Shown here one piece after another: positions 52,507 to 64,000 of a DNA stretch of 64,000 nt. The position numbers and the translations under genes were made by a program. Under the pieces are notes generated by a model. The model was not told the DNA's origin. It ran no database searches and saw nothing but the letters and a program-made list of their open reading frames with translations. The stretch lies in NCBI RefSeq assembly GCF_009914755.1, contig NC_060947.1. One strand, given 5' to 3'. Every line of letters begins with the position of its first letter. Positions within the stretch are counted from its first letter, which is position 1. The DNA comes from the human T2T-CHM13v2.0 reference genome, Homo sapiens.

Positions 52507-53369
52507 TTGCGTGTGCTTAAAATAACTCACTACTTAAATTGCTAATCTGTTTTAGAAAGTACATCAACAGATTACTGTGTTTTTTTCTCACTCACTTGAA
52601 TTTAAAATTGGATTTTTGGTAACAAGATATGAGGCAAATGGGTACAACAACTGTACAGTATAAATTGCTCCAGGTGATGGTGCCATAGCAAAATTATTAC
52701 AGGCAGATTCAAGATACAAAAATTATTTATTTGACAGCAAGCAGAATGACAAATTACTCAGAGGCTGTGTACATGTGCTTCTATAATTGCTCATAAATTA
52801 TTATGGTTCATGTTAAAATTCAACGAGTTTGCCTAGACCACATGGTTTTATTTTAAATAAGAAAGTGGCAAATTATTAGCAATTGGGAAATGTAATCTGC
52901 AGTATAAAATCATTACACTGGAACGTGGTAATTTTGTGTGCAACTTTTTCATTTGCTATCGCCTATCTGTCAAAATCTTCATTTTGTAACAGTTTTTAAG
53001 ATTATGGAGCTTGCAACAGAAAAATCTGCCACTCGAATCTCACTAAAATATTATTTGCCATAAATTAGAGTTAATTATAAGGTGGATATAACTTGGACCC
53101 TCTCTGAGGGGATTTAGTTACTGGATGGCATAAGATACTTTTCCTCATGATGTGGCTTTCCTGGCTTTGGTCCTAAAAGCGGTGTTATGGGAGACTTCAG
53201 GTGACTTACCTCTTCATAGCTTCTTGAACTAAGTTTAATGATTGGAATACATTTTCTTAGCCCAGGAATAAATGTCTAGTTTTTCAACCCAGTCTATGCC
53301 CACTCACCATTGTTAGATGACACTGTAATTCCAGAGTTACATAATAATATAAACTAGTTGTCATACTTA

Positions 53370-53590
53370 CGCTACAATGGCAAGAGCACTTGTTATAGAG
53401 TCAAACATGGAGTTGTAACTTACTGTATGACATAAGTAGGTTGCATAGCTCCTCTAGGCCTCAGTTTCCTATATAAGTTGTAATACCGTGAACTCTCTGT
53501 CTACCATCCATGACTGCTGTGAGGAAGAAAACAAAAAGCCATGGGAAAGTGCTTTGTAAATAAGGCCCCATAGAAATGGAAGACATTAAT
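53370..53590 (+). mobile_element. MIR
   Basis: 'cctctaggcctcagtttcct...ctgctgtgagga...atgggaaagtgctttgtaaa'. Confidence 0.7.
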
Positions 53591-53955
53591 TTTTTGCTGA
53601 ACTGAAAATCAATTGCTTTACAATATTATTCAGAGTATATGTGGTGAGGGAAAATTTTGGAACTTAAAAAGCACTCAAATCAGGCACAGTATTCCAGGGC
53701 ATGTTATGTATAGTGGCCACAATCTTCTAAAGAGAAAATAAACACAACTTTCCTTAAGCATTTATTTCTGAGTTTCAAATAATGTTAGGACAAAGATGTT
53801 TCATCATTTCATGTAACTGAATTATTATATATTTTTAAAATGCTTAATAAGAGAAATATAATGAGTGCTTTTTTATAAGCATTTATACATACACACGCAC
53901 TTACGTACACATACTTAGGAAAACGTGGATACTGTGTAACACCATGTATGGAGGG

Positions 53956-54259
53956 TGTGTTAGTCCATTAGGTCTTTTATAACAAAAATATCATAGACTA
54001 AGTGTCTTGCAAACAGCAAACATTTATTTCTCATAGTTCTAGAGGCTGAGAAGTAAGATCAAGGCACCAGCAGATTTGGTGTCTGGTGAGGGTCTGTTCT
54101 TCCCATTCCTCATAGACAGTGCCCTCTAGTTGTGTCCTCATGTGGTAGAAGGAACTCCTAATCACCTCCTCAAAGGCCGCACCTCGTAATTCCATCATGT
54201 TGGGAGTTACAATTTTAAAATATGAATTTTGGAGAGACGCAAACATTCAAACCATAGCA
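53956..54259 (-). mobile_element. MLT1A-type solo LTR with internal deletion
   Basis: 'tgtgttagtccatt...acattcaaaccatagca'. Perfect TSD GAGGG (53951-53955 / 54260-54264). Confidence 0.93.
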
Positions 54260-54305
54260 GAGGGACAGTTAAGCAATTGTCTTGGGGTCCCTTTAACTTC
54301 TAGAT

Positions 54306-54516
54306 CAGCTATTGCAAAACTATGACCCAGGGGCTAAATCTGGCTCACCAGCTGTTTTGTAGTTTTACTGGAACACAGTCATGCTAATTTGTTACATACT
54401 GTCTATGGCTGCTTTCTCACTACCGTGGTAGAATTGAGTATTTATGGCACACTATGGCCAAAAAAGCTGAAAATATTTATCGTGAGGCCCTTTACAGAAA
54501 AAGTTTACTGATTCCT
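54306..54516 (-). mobile_element. MER58A-like hAT-Charlie element
   Basis: 'ttttactggaacacagtcatgc...ctgtctatggctgctttc...aaaatatttatcgtgaggccctttacagaaaaagttt'. Confidence 0.88.
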
Positions 54517-55564
54517 GTTCTATGCTTTGCTGAAAAGGCTGCTCAAAAAGCCTCCCTCGCTTTTGCCATTTCAAATGAAATGCACATTTCCCCCTTGATG
54601 TGCACCAGGTTTGTAGTTACTTATTTTGCCAAAAGAAAGAATACAAAAGGGTCAACTGACATGACTCCGGGTTTTGCTTTTGGTTTCTTCCATTTATCTT
54701 CTCAACTTTCCCCATAATCAATAAGAATAGTAGATAATCTTCACTAAATGGAGTTTTCTTGAAAGTTTGGAAGGATTTTATTTTTCATGCAAGTATTTTG
54801 GGAAGGTGAACTGTATTTTCTAGAACCTTTGATATCTCTGCTAATATGTCGTGCATATTTTACATTGAGTTAGCAGAATCTGCAAGTATGATACCACAAC
54901 AAATACATTCTGTGCTTTTTACCTTGGTTTCTGGGAGCTCCTGTCATTTCTGTATCTCTAGGTCTTGAGAGTGTATGGCTGAACAACACCCCATTCCTAA
55001 GAAGATGGTCATTTCAGGCTCAAAAAAGAGAGTAGCTACTTATAGTTAGGCTTGGCCCTAAGTAGGAAGAGACTGGCCCAAGGTCCTTTCCTATGTAAAC
55101 TTGTCTGTCATGTCACTGAACTTTATCTAAAGACCTGCCATTTGATTGCACCCCCTCCACTCCACCTGAGTACTACAGAGGAGAGTTAAGAGAACTCTTC
55201 CAAAGGTTATCTTTATACAGTAGCAATACTCTCTACAAGGTATCTCAGCAGCTGACGAATTAGACATTTATTTTAATGAGTTGAAGACATTCATGTGTTC
55301 TTGTCAACAGTTAAAGGTAGGAAAAAATAACCTAAAATGATTTCAATTGCCTTTGGAAAAAAAAAAACAAGCAGAAATCTTGTATTATCTTGGAATTCAC
55401 TGATTCTGAGCTGACAGCAGATTGCTCAGTAATCGGGCTGTGTCTCAGAAGCAGTGATTTGATTGAGTTCTCATATTCTTCTTTGAATGAGAGATGTTGG
55501 TAAGATGGAAACTGGCCTGAGCTGATCCCAAAACTTACCAGACTGAATTATGGTTAAATGTGTT

Positions 55565-55695
55565 GAGAGTGACCAATGTGTTGAGGGCGACCAATCTGTT
55601 GAAGTTTGCCCAAGACTGTCTGTATTTAAAACTGAAAGTCCTGCATTCTGGGTAACCCTTCAGTCTCAAGGAAACTGGAACAAGTTGGTTACCCC
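55565..55695. mobile_element. MER94-like hAT-Blackjack MITE
   Basis: 'agggcgaccaa...gtttgcccaagactgtc...aaaactgaaagtcctgcattctggg...agttggttaccc'. Confidence 0.75.
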
Positions 55696-55934
55696 AGGGG
55701 GACTATGAGATAAAATAATAGCTCGACCTTGATACTGTGCAAAGAAATGTGAATAAGATAGGTGAAATACCAGTTAGTGACAGAAGTGAGAAATGCTATT
55801 AAGCAAAAGGAACAGGGCAAGAACAAGAGCTCTCTTAAGTTATTGCAATGGTTAGCATACTTCAGGGGCTCCTGACTTAACCATATCCTCCTTTAAGTAC
55901 TTTCAATTCATGCTCTATATCTGCTATGGATTGA

Positions 55935-56190
55935 CATTATAGCATAGTGCTTAAAACCTCAGCCTTGGGAATCAGACAGTGTGGGTTTAAATCCTGGCTC
56001 TACCACTGATAAGCTGAGTGAGTTTGAACGGATTATATACACTCTCTGCCTTTATTTCACCATCTGTAAATAAGGTTACTAACAACAGTAGCTGCCTTGT
56101 GAGGCTTAGGGAGAGATTAAACACGTCATTTTAAATCACTTTGAACAGTTTCTGGAACATAGTATGTGCTTAGTGTTAGCTACTATTATA
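55935..56190 (+). mobile_element. MIR
   Basis: 'agcatagtgcttaaaa...gggtttaaatcctggctctaccact...catctgtaaa...gtgttagctactatta'. Confidence 0.88.
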
Positions 56191-56234
56191 ATATTTAAAT
56201 CCTGTTTTATTCTTCTTTGCACATATCACTACCG

Positions 56235-57615
56235 TGTAGGTGTCTCATAGGCACCTCCAGCTCAATGTATCTAAACCTGAACTCTTCATCCTTGTCCCCA
56301 AACTGCTCCTTCTCCTGTGTTGGCTCTTTCAGTGAAGGAAGGAAGTTACTTTAGATTATTCTGGAAGGAAGGAAGTTACCTTAGATTATTCTGCAAACCT
56401 TAGATTATTCTTGATTCTTTTCTTTCCTTCACCCTCTACATACAGGAAATTATCCTTTGTACTCCCCACTGACCATTCATTTATTCTTTATTATATATTC
56501 TTCCTTTTATTATAAAACATTTGAGTGCCACCCACTGTTCCATAAAAATTTGGGAGCTTAATAGTGTTGCCACTGAAGCAGAAACCTAAAAGCCATGAGC
56601 CCTTTCCATAGTTCTCCACATGCAATCTCTTACAAGTCTGATCTACCTCCACATCACTTATATCCCTATCTACTCTACTGTTCTCTTTGCTACTTCCTTG
56701 GTTCACCTTCACTTTTTTATCTCAACTATGGTGACAATTTCATAAATGATCTCTGTGCTTCTAGTCTTGACCTCTTCCAGTCTTTGTTTCACGCTACTAC
56801 CAGAATGATCTTTGTAAAAAGCTAATCATTAGAGATCCTTCAATGGCTCCACATGGCTTTCAGGATAATTTCCAAACTTCTTGACTTACTATACAAGGCC
56901 TTTAAATGATCTGTCTCCTATTTACTTCACTGGTATCTTCTAACATTTACCCATATGCTCTAGCCATATGGAACCACTTGTAATTTCCTGAATATGTCAC
57001 ATTGTTTCAGGCCTTCATGACCTCATAATTGTAGTTTCCTTTGCTTGGGATGTCCTGTCCTCTGTATTCATCTAGCTATTGGCTCCTCATTTTTCAAAAT
57101 TTAGTTCAAGGGCCAATTCCTCTGCAGATCCCTCTTTGATCTTCCAATCTGGCTCAGTAGCTCCCAAGACACCTCATTCTTTCTTTCGTGGTATATTGAA
57201 GATACCTCTGGTATGCTTAATGGTTAAAAGCATAGCCTTGGGAGCAGTATCCTTGAATTTGAATATTGGCTCTCACACTTACCAGTAAAGTGGCCTTGGA
57301 TGGGTTACTTAATCCTCAGTGTCCTTGTCTATTATATGGAGAAATCATATTGATAAAAACTACTTGCAAGGATTAGATAAGTTAATACACGTAAAGTCCT
57401 TAGAATAGTACCTGGCGCATGGTAAGCCCATTGTATTATCTATTAATATCATCACCACAAGTACTTATTTAATAATCCCACTAGAAGGTAAGCTTCCTGA
57501 GACAAAGGCCCATATATTATTTGACAGTGTAGCCCCAGGGCCTATTCCAGTGCCTGACGTATAGGTGCTCGATAAATGTTGTTGAAAAATGAAGGAATAA
57601 ATAAATGAAATAAAG
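56235..57615 (+). mobile_element. LINE-2 (long, fragmented) with nested MIR at ~57210-57450
   Basis: 'ataggcacctccagctcaatgtatctaaacctgaactc', 'ccttcaatggctccacatggc', tail 'cagtgcctgacgtataggtgctcgataaatgttgttgaa'. Confidence 0.8.
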
Positions 57616-59044
57616 AAATGGAGAACTGAAATGCCTTCCCCCTCCAAAAGCAATTAACTTCCCAACCCACCAAGCGCCATTTAGCTTCATATACCTGCAA
57701 GAGGGAGAGACTAGTGACTTTAGCTGGTCCTTATTTTTACATTTGTAACATCTACTGTGCTATTTGGAGGAAAGTATGCAGGCTTGGCTCCATTTTCAAA
57801 TGCCAGAAGTTTTTGCCTTCACTATCACTTTAAACCTTGTGAAAATAATCAAAAGATGATACTGTCCCCTATTGCAAAAGTGAAATTCTAGCAAATCACA
57901 AAAGAATAAACGGTGAAAAGTCTTCTTAATCATGGAGCTAGCTGTGCTCCATCCTGCTCATTCTGGACACTTGGAGAGATGATTTAGAGAATTTGCCAGA
58001 TTGCAGATTAATCAGAAAGCACATGAACTAAGGTGAGTGACAGCACAGTAAGAAGAACATCTCTGCTTCACATAAATGGAGACAAATTGACTTACATTTG
58101 AGGCTGTACAGTTACACAGGAGAAGTCTTCTTGGTTGTGTTTTTAAAGTGGAGTGGGGAAAAGCCATCAATTTGATTGGCAACTCTTGTATAATAAAAAC
58201 TTAAACTAACTACAAGACCATTTTTATAATGCCACCAAATGTTATCAGCCTTATTATAAATTATTACATTACTTTCATCTATTTCTCTTTGTCATCGTTA
58301 CTACTCTGTGGGATTTGATCTTGCCCTTCTTCAACCAGATAACTAGGCAAGCTGGATTAATGGTCCAACTTCTCTCATCTCTTATCTGAACCTACAATCA
58401 AGGAGTCCCCAGATCATCAACTGAAGTAGTGAGATAGCAGTTTGAACTCTGATATTCAGATATAGTGAGATGGGGGAAAGGGTTGGCCCAACACTCTGTG
58501 ATGAAGAGATGGGAATATTTATCATTTTATGACCAACAATTTTCTGGCCCTGCCAAAGGAATTTCTGCCTAAGGAATGATTTCATAACTCTGAGTCAGCT
58601 ATATGGGCTGAGATGAGATTTTCAGGAGATATTTTTACCTTTACTTGGTCAATTTTGTTTTTCCTTCTTCAGACCTGTTTATCATGGACTTGTTCCATTT
58701 GCAAAACCACTTTTGCATTGTAGCTAATGATGGCAAAGCACCTGGTCGATTTGGTTGATTCAGTCTACTGGTGAGTCACTTTAACAGGAGATGACTCCCC
58801 GCCATTCCCAAAAAAAGGCAGTTCTTTGAAAACAGCTTTGGAAGGGCTGTAAAGCTAAGAGAGCATAGCAATGCCTCCTCCCCCCGCCCACCCCCCCACA
58901 TACCCACATCCATGTGGCTTCACTTGCAGTAGAAGTGGCACAGCTTCATTGCAAAACTGTAAAGCTGGGGAAGTGTGTCTTCAGGAGAGGCAGGGAAAGA
59001 ACATGGACTTTGGAGTCAGAGATACCCTGTTTTGCCATTTTATT

Positions 59045-59300
59045 ATAGTTGTTATTATTATCAGTTGCATGATTAGTATTTACAGAGTATTTGTAGGTGC
59101 CAAGATCTAAGTCAAAGTCTTTTATATAATTTGCATTTCATTCTGTAATGACCCATGAGAAAGGCACTATTATAATTCCCCTTGTATAGGTGGGGAACCT
59201 GAAGCACAGAGAGGTTATCTTAATTGTTCAAAGTCGTACAGCCAAGTCAATGGCAGATCCTGAATTCAAACATCGGTATATCTGATTCTTAACATTTTTC
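59045..59300 (-). mobile_element. MIR
   Basis: 'ggggaacctgaagcacagagaggtta...tgttcaaagtcgtacagcc...tggcagatcctgaattcaaac'. Confidence 0.8.
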
Positions 59301-59634
59301 TTCTGTTTCTCTAACAAATACATGAACTTAATGAAGTAATATAATCCTGAGTTTAACAACCATTATGTCAGAGATCGGCTACAGTGATGCCAACACATTG
59401 ATCCATCAGCCCTTGGGATAGCCAGACAGGCCTGGGATGGCCAGCCACATTGGTCTGCTAGAAGTCTTGTCATTTTATCCCAATGAGGCAATACATTTTA
59501 TAGTTTTTTATGTGTACGATTACATGAAAAATTTGGGCAGCAAAATTTAACTTCTACGAGTGTCAGTGTTTTCCTCTAAATGCGGGGCTATTCATATGTT
59601 TTGCTAAGGTTTTGGTGAGGATTAAATGAGTCAT

Positions 59635-59673
59635 TGTATTAGCCAGTGTTCTCCAGAGAAATAGAACCATAGG

Positions 59674-59707
<34 letters not shown>

Positions 59708-60199
59708 ACGTGCATGTAAAGAGAGAGAGGGGGAGGGAAGGAGGAAGAGAGAGAGAGAGAAAGAGAGAGATGGATTAAAAGTATTGGCTCATAAGATTAT
59801 GGAGACTGACAAGTCCTAAAATCTGCAGTCAGCCAGCTGGATACCCTGGAGAGCCAGAGGTGTAAGTTTCAGTCCGAATGTCAGCAGTCTTGAGACAGAG
59901 GAAGAGCCAATGTTTCAGTTCAATCTGAAGGCAGGAAAAAAAAAGATTGTTCCAGCCCTAAAGCAATCAGACAAAAGGAATTCTCTCTTACTCTGACTTT
60001 TTTTTTTTTCTATTCAGGCCTTTAATGGATTGTATGAGGCTCACCCACAGTGGGGAGGTCAATCTGCTGTACTCAGTCTACTGATTCAGATGGTAATCTC
60101 ATCCAGACACACCCTCATAGACACGCCAGAATAATGTTTGACCAAATAGCTGGATACCCCATGGGCCTGTCAAGTTGACACATGATATTAACCATCACA
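59635..60199 (-). mobile_element. MLT2B-like ERVL solo LTR inserted into a MIR
   Basis: 'tgtattagccagtgttctccagagaaatagaacc...gtcaagttgacacatgatattaaccatcaca'. TSD GTCAT/GTCAA. Confidence 0.92.
59676..59770 (+). repeat. (GT)n followed by GA-rich tract inside MLT2
   Basis: About 15 GT units, then (GA)n. This position is commonly expanded in MLT2 LTRs. Confidence 0.92.
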
Positions 60200-60722
60200 G
60201 TCAACTAACATGATGTTTGATATGTGGTAAGGACTTAACAAACGATCCCTCCCATCAGGTCCCCTTCTTTGATGTTTATAACAACTCTACACTGTAAACA
60301 GAGCTACTCTTTATTTTACAGATAAGAAACTCATATTATACCCAGGTATCTTCAAATCTTCTATCCTTTTAACTATACCATATAACCTTCATGCCACTTT
60401 TTGTCGAATGATGTTACTTAATAAGGACCAGAGAGCCCCTATGGGCCAAATACTCCTTTCCTTTTTCCTTCTTTCAGCTCTACCCAATTAAAAGTCACTA
60501 TCCAGAGTACAATTTATTCAGCAGGTTTGTGCTGGGTGATGATAGTGGGCATTGGCTTAATTTGATAAAATAGTCTATGCTAATACATAATAATGATATC
60601 TCTGCTAGGAGTTTTGTCATTTCTAGAGTACAAGACACTCTAATTCAGTGAAAAAAAAAAACAACCATGATCCCTGAAGTCTCTAAAAGGTGGTACAAAG
60701 CAAGTAAAGCACTTTTGGTTGA

Positions 60723-61083
<361 letters not shown>

Positions 61084-61709
61084 CAGATTATTTCAAACTG
61101 AATTAGACTTTATGGATGGTAGGGATTTGGTGGAGTGGGTGGGGAGGTAGGTTCTGCTTGTTCCTCCTATAAATTGAGTTGGTCCTAGGTAGTCAGGAAG
61201 AATAGGCTTTTTATGCTGTAGCTTTGAAAGCCAATGGACATCAACAAGGTGTCCATCTCAGGTACCTTCTCCTAGCCACCTGATAATATTAAAATCAATG
61301 TCATGAAGGATCAAAAGCAAATAGCCACAATTTCTAACTTGTTATAAAAAGCTTCCATGCAGCTTGATAATAATGACCCTCTAAAAAAATGTAAAACAAA
61401 GGGAGAGAGTCTTTGGAATCATTTGTATTTGTCAGCTAAAAAACAGTGGGCAAATATCATGATAATAGGAAAAAAATACAAATGAGCATATAAAAATATT
61501 TATAATATCTTAAGATGAGATTATCAGAATAGTTAAATTATGGTTGCCAGTATGAACTGAATTATCACTTCTGATATTATACATTATTTCCAATAATATA
61601 GATGATCATTCCTTATATTAAATATTTCAAATGTTATAAATTATATTACCAATAAGAATAATCACTGCTAAAGTTATAAATCAAATTGTACTTACTATTA
61701 CTAATATTG

Positions 61710-61958
61710 ACAATAACTAATACACTAGAGCTAACTAGATGATGTTAGATACTGTTTGTTCTAAGTACCTGACATGTATTCATTATTAAATACAATGACC
61801 CCATGAAGTAGTCACAAGTGTCATTTGTTTTGCTGACATGGAAACTGAAGCACAGAAATGTTAATATGACTTCCCCAAGAAAACTTAGCTAAGCCATAAC
61901 AGGAGTAGTAAGTGGACCTAGTTCCAGCACCCAAGTCCTTAACCCCATGCTATACTGC
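61710..61958 (-). mobile_element. MIR
   Basis: 'acaatgaccccatgaagtag...gacatggaaactgaagcacagaaatgttaatatgacttcccca'. Confidence 0.78.
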
Positions 61959-63518
61959 CAGTCAAGAAATTTCTTTTCTAGCCTTTTCTAGTATCTCACT
62001 CCATTTAAGAATCTGTAGAATTAGGCAAAGAGTAGTGTAAAAAGTTCAAGAAGAACTAGACTTCATGAGGATTTCGATGAAGCCCTGCTTCTTTCATTTT
62101 TAATTTTTGAAGTAGGATTCAGAAAAGTTTAGACACTGGCCAGAAGTCACACAACATTAGTCAAGGTGCAGCCAGAGATTGGAGCCTGTGCCTAGGTTCC
62201 CCCAATTATGAAGGTAACAGGCAGCGGTAAAGGGTGGTAGACTTCCCCTGGAGATGTTCAGCTTATATTCCTTCATGGAGTTGTTGAGCCAGCAGACTGA
62301 GATAAAAGATGCAATAGGATTTTAAAAGAAAGTTCAGTTTTGGGAGGAGTCTAAGACCCTCTATGAGGCCCCACCTCTGCTAATAAAAGGATGTCCAAAT
62401 CTTTTGAGAATTCACCATTTTGGTCTCAAAATTGAAAGAAAATGGCCCTATTTGATCCTGGGAGTTGTGGCATCTATGGAGGCAGACAACACTTCGAGTA
62501 GGTATCCCCACAGTGTCTCTACAGAACCTGTGACAGAGACCTCTGGGGCCCATGGTAGGAGAAGTTTCCCAGGATGTGAATGCAGAAGAGCCATGTGTCA
62601 CTGAAGATGGTCACACACAGGGATAGAGAGAATAGGACTGTGGAAATCAGGAAGAAGGTGGGGTATGTGGTAGGTGACAGAAACAGCAGGTCCCCCGTTC
62701 AAGGCCAGCTTGCTCCCTTTGGCTCTCAACTCCACATCCCCCTGTAGCATAGGGAGTAAGGCTAGGTTTATATTCTGAAGGGCAGTCTTTTCCCCCTGCC
62801 CTGTATTTTGGAGGTCTATGGAGGCAGTTGATCTACCTTCCATCATATAGAATGTGGCACAGCTGGGAACATTGATCTTAATATCCCCATTTGTTCCTGT
62901 CCAGGCTTCAAGCCTGCTAAACTCAGTACGGACTCAAATAGTCAAAAACTGCATGTTGTGGGTGTGTGTGGGAGGGTGGTGGGGGTGGGGGTGCTGGACA
63001 GACCTTATTAAACACACTCCCATTAATCTCTACCTCACCTTACCTGGCCCGCTTACCTGCTTATGTCAGCCCAGAACATATACACCCAGAAGAGTGGAGA
63101 CTAGTGCTGGTGGAACAGGGAATGCCCCTCCATGTCCACCTCTACCACTGGCAGTTCATGCATCAGAAAATCTTTCCAGAGGAGTCACGATGTGACAGTG
63201 TCAAATCATAGATTCCTTTAAATCCAACCCCTTCTCTGGCTCTAGATGGAGTGAGAAAAGAATCAGCTATGCTTGGCCAGTCTTGGGTGTATATTTGGAG
63301 GAAACTCAATGGTCAAAATGCCCCCATGGCATGTGTGGAAGGCATGAGGGTAAAGGGTTTGAACAGAGCAAAGGCAGCAAGGGCAAGAGGCTGAGAACAT
63401 TATGGACAAAACGAATCATCCTCCTGAATGGATGAGGAGAGGAACTGATATGTGGGGCCCCCTCAGGGGCCTGATAACCTGTGGAGGAGAAAGGGAAGGA
63501 GGTTGGGGATTAAGAAGT

Positions 63519-64000
63519 TATATTAGTTTTCTATTACTGCCATAACAGATTATCACAAATTTAGAAGATTTAAATAATACCCACTTATTAGCTTACAGTT
63601 TTGTATGTCAGAAGTCTAGGAGGGCTTACCTGAGTTCTCTGTTTAGGGTTTCAAAAGTCAAGTGTCAGCCAGGCTCAGCTCTTACATAGGGCTTCTGGGG
63701 AAGACTCCACTACCAAGCTCATTCAAGTTGTTGGTAGAATTGCTGAGATTCTTGTCTCCTTGCTGGCTGTTAGCCAGGAGCTATGCTCTATTCCTAGTTG
63801 AGTTTGCTGGCATTCCTTCTCAAGTGTCCCCCCTCCATCTTCAAAGCTAGCAATTTTACATAGAGTCCCTATTGTACCTAAGATTTTTTCTGACTTCCCT
63901 CTCTTCTGCAACTCGAGAAAGCTTTCTGCTTTTCAGTGCCCATGTGATTAGGTCAGGCCCACCTGAATAATCTCCCTATTTTGTGGTCAACTGAGCCATA
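63519..64000 (-). mobile_element. MLT1E-like MaLR LTR (runs off window)
   Basis: 'tatattagttttctattactgccataaca...ccaagctcattcaagttgttggtagaatt...catgtgattaggtcaggcccacctgaataatctccctattt'. Confidence 0.87.

Noticed and set aside
62380-63211. Cluster of 66-113 aa ORFs near the right end
   Set aside because: Overlapping frames on both strands, mostly non-ATG starts and no recognisable protein features.

Overview
Primate genomic DNA, most likely human or great ape (AluY, AluS, AluJ, LTR12C and L1PA are present). It is AT-rich and looks intronic or intergenic. I find no host protein-coding exon, RNA gene or processed pseudogene. The ORF track is explained by Alu, L1 and LTR sequence or by chance; the only real protein homology is a broken L1 ORF2 C-terminus at 34.1-34.9 kb. 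Much of the window is interspersed repeats. Subfamily names come from my recall of consensus sequences and need RepeatMasker/Dfam confirmation. Highlights: (1) a solo LTR12C (6290-7536, minus strand) with six CCAAT boxes and an intact promoter core; (2) a twin-primed L1PA (33856-34930) with a ~22-nt duplication at its inversion and a probable 13-nt 3' transduction, lying about 65 bp from a second independent L1PA of opposite orientation; (3) a second probable micro-transduction on an L1PB; (4) several recent-looking tandem duplications and template-switch palindromes; (5) candidate non-coding exons on the minus strand; (6) repeat-poor islands that look like conserved enhancers. The sequence alone does not support a novel multi-gene system, and I could not identify the locus.
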